From Polyangiales bacterium (GTDB lineage: Bacteria; Myxococcota_A; Polyangia; Polyangiales; JADJQN01): DNA of 64,000 nt. Position numbers and translations under genes: made by a program. The notes below the pieces were generated by a model that was not told the origin of the DNA, ran no database searches, and was given only the letters and a program-made list of their open reading frames with translations. Positions 54,450 to 64,000 of this stretch are shown here, piece by piece. Location of the stretch: assembly GCA_964202905.1 (NCBI GenBank), contig CAXNJO010000010.1:32001-96000 (forward strand), given 5' to 3'. Each line of letters begins with the position of its first letter. Within the stretch, counting starts at the first letter, position 1.

Positions 54450-54480
54450 CGCATCGGCCGCATTCGACGCGGCCGATGCG
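54450..54480. terminator. Hairpin downstream of the Cys-rich lipoprotein gene
   Basis: cgcatcggccgc-attcgac-gcggccgatgcg 12-bp stem; no clear U-tract on +. Confidence 0.5.
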
Positions 54481-54623
54481 GTCCCCATGGTCGATGAGTC
54501 CGGCGGACGCTGGACCCCGGGTCCGTCGATGTTGCGTGTCGCGTTGTTCGGATGTTTGCCGACCGGTACGACGACTGTGGTCGCAGAGCGCGTGACAATC
54601 GGCGTGAGAGCGACCCCGCTCGC

Positions 54624-54958
<335 letters not shown>

Positions 54959-55010
54959 TCAGGGAGTCGACGACGTCCATCCGCGCGCACCGACGGAGGC
55001 CGCGTGAGAG

Positions 55011-55753
55011 TTGATCACCCCCGCCGAACGGGAAGACGTCGTGGCGTCGCTGCCCGCCGCGATGACCGATGCCGAGGCGTCGCCGCCCGAAGGCGACCTG
55101 CACTACGACGCGAAGGACGCGGTCCGCGCGACGCTGCGCGAGTGGTATCGACGGCGATGTGAACCCGTGTACGTGAGCACTGAGCTCACCACGTACTACC
55201 CCGGCGAGGCGCGCTTCGCGCCGGACGTGCTCGCCGTGCGCGACGTCCCGATCCACGACCGGATGAAGTGGGTGGTGAGCGCCGAGGGCAAGGGGCTCGA
55301 CTGGGTCCTCGAGGTCCACGTCGGCGGCGATCGCAGGAAGGACGCAGAGGCCAACGTGGCCCGCTACGCGCGCCTCGGCATCCCCGAGTACTTCATCTAC
55401 GACCGCGCGCGGCAGCACCTCTTCGGCTACCGGCTGCTGTCACGCACCGCGCGCGCCTACGCGCGCATCGTGCCGCAGGGGGGCTCTATCCGAGCGAGGT
55501 GCTCGGCCTCCAGCTGGGCATCCAGGAGTCCCGCCTGCGCTTCTTCCACGCGAACGCCGAGCTGCTGCCGCCGCAGGACGTCGCCGTCCGCCTCGAGCGC
55601 ATGCTCGCGGAGGTTTCGGCGGAGCGCGACGCCGAGGCCGAGCGGGCGCGGGCCGAGAGCGAGCGCGCGCGTGCAGAGGCAGAGCGCGCGGAGCGGGCGG
55701 AGCGGGAGCTCGCCGAGCTCCGCGAAGAACTCGCGAAGAAGCCGCGCACGTAG
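55011..55753 (+). CDS. Uma2/DUF820 PD-(D/E)XK endonuclease-like protein, frameshift in a G run near 55480
   Basis: PEGDLH, FAPDVLAV, WVLEV, YARLGIPEYFIYD; continuation LYPSEVLGL...AERARAE coiled coil in frame 55268. Confidence 0.85.
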
Positions 55754-55946
55754 CGCTTGCGCGCGGCGCACACAGCCAGCCGGCTGGTTGTTTGGCGTAC
55801 CGTCACGCCTTCGCAGCGCAGGCTGCAACGCGTGTGGTGGCGGCCGTTTCGCGCAACGTGAGAACGAGTACGCGGAGGGCTCTCCAAATCAATGCGCGCA
55901 CTGCTCCTTGATTCGCAGGAGTACGACAAACAAACCGGCGCCGCGA

Positions 55947-56040
55947 TCACCCCGCGCCCAGCGCCGCGTCGAGCGTGTCGGCGAAGAGCAGGCGCTCGGC
56001 GATGCCGTCGAGCTCGGCGACGCCGGCGTGCGCGCGCTCG
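55947..56040 (-). repeat. Second copy of the rpn 3' tail (DUF4351-like end)
   Basis: Encodes SERAHAGVAELDGIAERLLFADTLDAALGAG*; near-identical to 56847-56940. Confidence 0.9.
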
Positions 56041-56075
56041 GACGCGCGTGACCGCGCATCGACGCGCGTCGTGAC

Positions 56076-56569
<494 letters not shown>

Positions 56570-56846
56570 GAGACTTGGCCAGCGTACGCGTTTCACGCGG
56601 CAGGAGGCAAACCCCGAGGCTCGCGTACGTGAGCATCGGGCTCAGTATCATCCCGGCACGGCGCGCTCCTCGATGATGACCCTGCGCTCGTGCATGGCGC
56701 GCCCGCGCGTGATCCCCGGCGTGGGCAAGGGGCACGCGCAACTCGTCGTCCGATGGCTCGTAGTTCGGACCGGCGAGATTGCGCGCCTGCATCGGTCGAC
56801 GGGAGTACGCGTCCGAGTGCGGCCATGGCGCCGCATCGCCTGCACT

Positions 56847-57725
56847 TCACCCCACGCCCAGCGCCGCGTCGAGCGTGTCGGCGAAGAGCAGGCGCTCGGC
56901 GATGCCGTCGAGCTCGGCGACGCCGGCGTAGCGCGAGGCGCTCGCTGACGGCGTCGGGCAGCGGGCCGAACTTCGGGCGCAGCAGCTTCGCGACGGTGCT
57001 CGCGCGGCCGCGGGCCTCGGATTCGGCGCGGACGCGCGTCTCGGAGGCCGCGAGGCGCTCCTCGAACTCCGCGCGGGCCTCGGCCGCGCCTTCTTCGCGG
57101 AGGGCGTCGGCGATGGTCTTGATCTTCTTCTTCATGGGGTCCTCCTCTTCGGAATCGGGCAACGCGGCGACGACGTCGTGGACGATGGGACGCTCTTCGG
57201 GCGGCAGGACGGTCAGAAGGTAGTGAAGAAGCAGGGTGAACGCAGCGCGGCGAGCGCGGGTGCGTCGGTGGGCGCGAGCAGGCCGGCGAGGTCGCGCGGC
57301 GCCGTCCACGGGCGCTTGCCCGCGTAGACGACGAGGGGAATCACGTCGGGCAGCGCGCCGCGTCGCGGGCTCTCGCGCGCCCACGTCTCGCCGCTATAGC
57401 GCAGCAGGCGCAGCGCCATGCGGTGCTCGACCGAAGAGCGATGTTCGAGAATCGCGACGAACTGCACCTCGCGCCCGAACAGCCGCGCCGCGACGACGAC
57501 ATCCGATTGCGAGACGCGGAGTGTTCCATCGATGTGCGCGGGTGACATCACGCGCACCGACGCTGCATCGAGGCCCGCAGCGAGGGATTCCGGGAGCATC
57601 GTGCGGAGGAGTCCGAGGGCGGAATCGGGCCTCGAGAAGATCGCGCGGAAGAAGGCGGCATGCGGTGTGACGACGAGTTTCCGCGTGCGGGCGCGGCGCG
57701 GACGAATCCCACGCTCAGCGAGCAT
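56847..57725 (-). pseudogene. Rpn family (Transposase_31/YhgA-like) nuclease, internally deleted and frameshifted, with DUF4351-like C-terminus
   Basis: TPHAAFFRAIFS, SQSDVV, ILEHRSS..MALRLLRY, LPDVIPLVVYAGKRPW; jumps near 57240 to LLHYLL...MKKKIKTIADALREEG...KFGPLP...ELDGIAERLLFADTLD. Confidence 0.85.
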
Positions 57726-58063
57726 GTGGATTCGGGATGTGTGGGATTCAGCGTGCCAGTCGTGCGGCGCCGTCTCTCGTCGTCGTCGGCCATGCCCGTT
57801 GCGTAGAGCAGCGGCCCATGCCGGAGTCGCGTGACGCAATCATTCGGATATGTCGAGTGTCGCCGGGCTGACGGCCTCGAGGGTGGCTCGCACGATCGGG
57901 AAGTCGGCCATCGCCGCTCACACGTGCGCAGGTCCTCTTCGCCCACCGGGCGTCGCGCCGCGTGCGGGACGAATCGCCGACGACGACGGAGACGACGGGC
58001 GCGCCGTGAACGCGCCGAGACGCCCCCTCGACGTGGCGCGCGGGCGCCCACATTCTGCCGCCG

Positions 58064-60399
58064 TGTCGTCACCCCCGCACGGTCCGCCCCCGGTTGCCGC
58101 CGAGCCGCCGGGGGCCTCGGCGGAGGGGTCCGCCGCGACCGCCGCCGCGACGCCCCCCGCGTCGATGTCCCCGGCGTCGACGGCCGTCGCGCCGACGCAG
58201 CCCTCGTCGACGCCGCCCTCGCTGCTCGCTGCGCTCGGCGCGATCCTCCTCGCGGCGCTCGCCTTCGGACCGAGCGTCGAGAACGGCTTCGTCTGGGACG
58301 ATGTCAGCCTGATCCTTCGAAACGACGCGCTCGCCGATTCCGCGCGCGCGTGGGATCTGCTGACGCGGCCCTTCTGGGCCTACGCCGCGGTCGACGCCGA
58401 GGGGATCTCGGCGACGTACGCCTCGCTCTACCGCCCCGTCGTGATGGCCTGGTTCCTCGCGCTGCACCGGCTCGCGGGCTTCGAGCCGCTCGCGTGGCAC
58501 GCGGCGTCCATCGCGCTGCACCTGCTCTGCGTCGGCCTCGCCGCCGCGTGGCTCGCGCGCCGCTTTCCCGAGCGCGCCGACGCGGACCCGCGGGCAGCGG
58601 CGCGGCGGGCGCTCGCGCTCGGCGTCGGACTCGCGCTGTTCGCCGTGCATCCGACGCGTGCCGAGGCCGTCGGCTGGATCAGCGGCGCGACCGAGACCCT
58701 CGCCGCGGCATGCTGGTTGGGCGCGCTGAACGTGTGGCCGGGCGTGGTGCGCGACGATCGGGGGGCGACCGCGCGACGGCTTGGCGCAGGCCTGCTCTTC
58801 GCGCTCGCGCTGCTCGCCAAGGAGTCGGCCGTCGTCGCGCCGGCGCTGCTGCTGCTCGACGAGGCCCTGCTCGCGCCGCCCGGCACACGCGGGGCGCTCG
58901 CGTGGGGGCGCCGGCTCCGCGCCGTGGGTGTCGCGACGGCCCCCGCGGCCCTCGTGGCCGCCGCGCGCTTCGCCGCCTACCCCGCCCCGGCGCGGCCGCT
59001 CGCGACGCCGAGCATCCTGCTCGGGCACCTCGCGGCGCTCGGCGCGTATGCGCGGCACACGGTCGCGCCGTGGCCCCCGCAGACCGACCTCGTGCCGATC
59101 CGACGCGCGCTCGGCGGTGCGGACGCGGTGCCGCAGGCGCTCGTGGTCCTCGGGGCCGTGGTGCTGCTCGGCGTGCTCGCCCTCGGCGTGCTCGCCGTGC
59201 GCGCGCCACGGTGGCGTGGAACGGCCGCGGACGCCGCGCTCTGGCTCGTGCCGCTCATCCCCTCGCTGCTGGTCGTCTCCGCGGGCACCTCGACGCTGGC
59301 GAGCGAGCGCTTCTTGTATCTGCCGCTGCTCGGCGTCGGTGCGCTGGCGACGCGCGCGCTCCTCGCCGTGGACGCGCGCGCACCGCGGCTCTCGCCCTGG
59401 CTCGTCGCGGCCGCTGGGCTTGCCCTCGCGGCGGCCACGCTCGCGACGCGGACGAGCGCACGGCGCTTCGAGAGCGACCTCGCGCTCGCGCGGTTCGACG
59501 TGGCGTCGTCGCCCTCGGACCCGGTCGCCTGGCTCAAGTACGGCACCGCCCTGCCCCCCACGGAGCCCGACGCCATCTTCGACGCCTTCGCGCGCGGTCA
59601 GCGGGCGGCGCACGCCCGCGGCGCGGACCTCGACGGCGCGACGTTGCTCGCCCGGACCTTCGCGCGCGCCGCGCAGGACGCGCCCGATCACGACGACGCG
59701 GGGTTGCGTGCGTTGCGGCGCTTCTGCGAGGAGATCCGCGCGGTCGGGCCCGTGCGCTTCAGCCACCGCGGGCACACGTTCGACGCGGCGCACCCGGCGA
59801 TCGCGCGCGCCGTCCTGCGCGCGACACCCGCGGATGTGGGCGTGCCCTGCGCGTTCCTGAGACTCCGCACCGGGGACCCCGCCGGCGCGCTCGCCGAGAT
59901 CGGCGCGCTCGAGCGGTCGTTCCCGGAGCGGATGGAGGTGCAGTTCGCCGCGGTCCTCATCCGCGCGCTGGCGGGCGATCTCGCGGGCGCCACGGCCCAT
60001 CTCGCGGAGGTCGAGGCCCGCGGGTCTCGCCGCTTCGTCACGGGCGACCTCGCGGCGCGCCTCGAGCGCGCCCGGCGGACCCGCGCCGACGCCGACGTGC
60101 TCGCCGCGCGCGACCCGACGCTCGCGCCGCTCGGCGAGGCTCAGGTCGCGCTCGTGCTGGGCTCGGCCGGGATCGCGCGGCGCGCCCTCGCGCCCCTGAG
60201 CGCCGTGCAGCCGACGCGCCCCGAGGTCGCGCTCCTCGGCGCGCGGATCGAGCAGATCGACCGTCGCCCGGCGCTCGCTCGCGCGCTCATCGAGGACGCC
60301 CTCGCCGACGCCCCCCCGCCGGCGGCGCGCGAGGCGCTGCTGCAGATGCGCGCGGCGCTTATGGAAGTCGTTACGGAAGCCGCCGTCGACGCGCGCTGA
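58064..60399 (+). CDS. TMTC-like GT-C membrane glycosyltransferase with C-terminal TPR-like helices
   Basis: FVWDD, LYRP, FAVHPTRAEAVGWISG, ALLAKESAV, SERFLYLP; start uncertain (ORF from 57850). Confidence 0.8.
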
Positions 60400-60419
60400 C
60401 GTCGCCGACGACGCGCGCG

Positions 60420-60929
60420 TCAGTCGAGCGCGCCGCGCGCCGGGGGCAGGAGCCGCCGGAAGCTCACCGCGTGCACGCGGCCATCCGCCTCGCGGACGAG
60501 CCCACCGTAGCGGCACTTCTCGACGAGCGCGCCCTCGCGCGCGGCGCCTTCCGGCGTCACGAAACGCACCGGCGCGCCCTCGCGCAGGCCGGCGTACACG
60601 CGCGCGTCGGCCGCCACCGCGGCGAGCGGGTGGCCCGCGGCGTCGGGCGCGGGCGCCCACGCCTCGTGCGCGACGCGACGGATGCGTCCCTCGCCGATCC
60701 ACACATCGGCGCGCTCCGCATCTGCGAAGACCACGGCGCCGAGCGTCGTGCCGCCCGCAGCCTCGCCCCCCGGCGCGACGCGCAACCGCACGAGCGCGCC
60801 TGCGAGCGCCGTGGTCACGCCCGGCCCGCCGAGCGCGGTTCGGGCATCCTCGATGCGCGGCGGTGGGCGTGGCGCAGACGGGCGTGCCGCGCCGAACATC
60901 GGGAGCGAGCCCTTCTTGCCAGTCGCCAC
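60420..60929 (-). CDS. Hypothetical protein
   Basis: VATGKKGSLPMFG...EGALVEKCRYGGLVREADGRVHAVSFRRL; normal codon bias. Confidence 0.55.
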   Translation of the reverse strand: MATGKKGSLPMFGAARPSAPRPPPRIEDARTALGGPGVTTALAGALVRLRVAPGGEAAGGTTLGAVVFADAERADVWIGEGRIRRVAHEAWAPAPDAAGHPLAAVAADARVYAGLREGAPVRFVTPEGAAREGALVEKCRYGGLVREADGRVHAVSFRRLLPPARGALD

Positions 60930-61000
60930 GGGCCGAGGGTCGCACGGGGCGCGCCCGCCGGCACGGGAGACCGGGCGCACGCCGTGCGTGGACGACGGTG

Positions 61001-61489
61001 TCAGCTCTGCGGTGCGGCCTCGGTCGCTTGCCCGGCTTCCTTCCAGCCTGCGATGCCGGCGCGCATCACGCCGACGTCGGAATAGCCCGCCGAGACCGCA
61101 CGCTCGGCCGCGTGGTGCGACGCGCCGCACTCGGAGTTCGCACAGTAGAAGACCAGCGGCGAGGCCTTGTCCGTCGGGAGCTCGGTCGCGACGTCGAACT
61201 GCGCGGACGAGGTGAGCAGCTTCGCGCCGGGGACGACGCCGTACGTCGCGCGCGTCTCGGGGCCGTTCACGTCGAGCACGGTGCCGCTGTGCGCGGCGAC
61301 GAGGGCCGCGACCGCCGGAACGTCGAGGTCCTTCACGGTGGCCGCAGGCGCAGCGGGGGCAGCGGGCGCGGCCGCGACGGGCTCGGGGGCGGCAGGCGCG
61401 GGCGCGGCGGGCGCGGCGGCCTCGGACGAGCCGCAGCCGACGGCGACGAGCGCGAGCGAGACGAGGAGCGTACGGGCGAGCAGCTTCAT
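61001..61489 (-). CDS. Rhodanese-like domain lipoprotein
   Basis: Lipobox AVGC, VLDVN, GVVPGA, LVFYCANSEC, GIAGWKEAG. Confidence 0.85.
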   Translation of the reverse strand: MKLLARTLLVSLALVAVGCGSSEAAAPAAPAPAAPEPVAAAPAAPAAPAATVKDLDVPAVAALVAAHSGTVLDVNGPETRATYGVVPGAKLLTSSAQFDVATELPTDKASPLVFYCANSECGASHHAAERAVSAGYSDVGVMRAGIAGWKEAGQATEAAPQS

Positions 61490-61643
61490 GGGCGGGATCC
61501 TCCGGGATTGCGGGCGATGCGGTGGGGGCGATGCGACACGCGCGCCGGCGTTCGGGGCGGGTCGGCGGGGGAGTCTGGGGTCGGGCGCGTCGGGTCGCCA
61601 GTGCCCCCTCAGCACGCGCTGCGGATGCTACCATCTGCGCCGC

Positions 61644-62974
<1,331 letters not shown>

Positions 62975-63177
62975 CGGGCGCGCGACCCGCGGCGTGGCAT
63001 CGCGACGGGGCCTGCACACCCCCGCCCACCGGGGTCGATGCGTCCCCATCCCCGCGCCGCGCGCGCGGCGGCCGCGGCCCGGACCGCCTGCGCACGCGCC
63101 AAGTATCATCAATGAATTCAGTCTCTTACACGCACATCGCCCGTGCCCTCGGCCCTGGCCGCGCGCCCCTTCTCGGC

Positions 63178-64000
63178 ATGGTGCGCCCCTTGCTCCCGCC
63201 CGCGCGCATGAGCCTGCGCGCCCTCGGAGTCGCCGCCTCCCTCACCGCGCTCCTGGTCGCGCTGCTCGGCGGCTGCGCGCAGCCGGCGGGCGACGTCGGC
63301 TGCAGCGAGATCGACGCGCGCGAGGTCCCCGCAGCGCCGCCCGCGCTCACGCCCACGGGCCACGAGGGCGACGACGTCGGCGCGGCGCGGAGCGCGCTGT
63401 CGCTCTCGTCGCTCGCCGGGAGCGGCGGCTGCAGCACGGCGGGCGCCGAGGCCCTCAGTCGGCAGTTGATCGCCGAGATGCTCTGCCTCTCGGAGGGGCG
63501 CCTCGTCCGCTTCGAGCACCGCAACGTGACGCTCACCTCGAGCCGCGTGCACCCCTACCTCTCGCCGGCCGGCCGCGACGCGCTGTACCGGGCCGCCGCG
63601 ACGGGCGAGATCCGCATCAACTCGGCGCTCCGCACGCTCTCCGACCAGTATCTGCTCTACGCGGGGTGCAGCGTCGCCGCGACGCCGGGCCGCTCGAACC
63701 ACGAGACGGGCCGCGCGATCGACGTCGACAACTGGTCGGCGCGCCTCCGGGCGCTCACCGGCGCGGGCTTCACGCACCCGCTCCCCGACAGCGACGCGGT
63801 CCACTTCGAGGGGTCCGGGGCCGACCTCCGCTCGCTCAGCGTGCTCTCCTTCCAGCGCCTCTGGAACGCGAACCACCCGGGGGACCGAATCGACGCCGAC
63901 GGCGTCATCGGCCCCCAGACGCTCGCGCGCCTCGGGCGTGCGCCCGCCGAGGGCTTCGCCGTCGGCCGTGTGTGCCGCCCCGCGACGCCGCCCGCCGCCG
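63178..64000 (+). CDS. M15 (D-Ala-D-Ala carboxypeptidase-like) metallopeptidase lipoprotein with peptidoglycan-binding domain; partial
   Basis: Manual translation: LLGGC lipobox, INSALRTLSDQYLLY, PGRSNHETGRAID, DAVHF, FQRLWN...DADGVIGPQT; no stop before window end. Confidence 0.85.
   Translation, partial: MVRPLLPPARMSLRALGVAASLTALLVALLGGCAQPAGDVGCSEIDAREVPAAPPALTPTGHEGDDVGAARSALSLSSLAGSGGCSTAGAEALSRQLIAEMLCLSEGRLVRFEHRNVTLTSSRVHPYLSPAGRDALYRAAATGEIRINSALRTLSDQYLLYAGCSVAATPGRSNHETGRAIDVDNWSARLRALTGAGFTHPLPDSDAVHFEGSGADLRSLSVLSFQRLWNANHPGDRIDADGVIGPQTLARLGRAPAEGFAVGRVCRPATPPAA

Overview
Very GC-rich bacterial chromosome segment, most likely Myxococcota of the Polyangiales/Sandaracinaceae type. 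The assignment rests on the divergent EF-Tu switch I, an AgmX/GltJ-like zinc-finger/GYF protein, and PEGA, PilZ, TPR and Ser/Thr kinase genes. 1-7 kb (minus strand) holds the tRNA(Thr-Tyr-Gly-Thr)-tuf-rpmG-tRNA(Trp)-secE-nusG-rplKAJL-rpoB cluster. 7-52 kb holds housekeeping and envelope genes: plsY, FadR-like tetR-etfBA, pepA, comEA, hisG, murA, lnt, nadK, NUDIX, kinase, lgt, era-der, lipase, an internally deleted MgtA-like ATPase and a VKOR/OmpA-like/TlpA operon. 52.3-57.8 kb is an accessory patch: an XRE regulator divergent from an Asp-rich/Cys-repeat lipoprotein, then a decayed Rpn/DUF4160-DUF2442/Uma2 toxin-antitoxin cluster carrying three copies of the rpn 3' tail. Main observations: (i) an AT-rich palindrome TGAAT-GRCS-RTTCA occurs four times, once upstream of the FadR-like gene and three times at non-promoter positions; (ii) the rpn tail-repeat cassette structure with an internal RpnS-like start; (iii) an unfamiliar C-x7-CC-x7-CC-x8-C repeat lipoprotein beside a disulfide-handling operon. 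Six genes carry single-base frameshifts, probably assembly indels. All calls come from reading the sequence by eye; no database searches were run.
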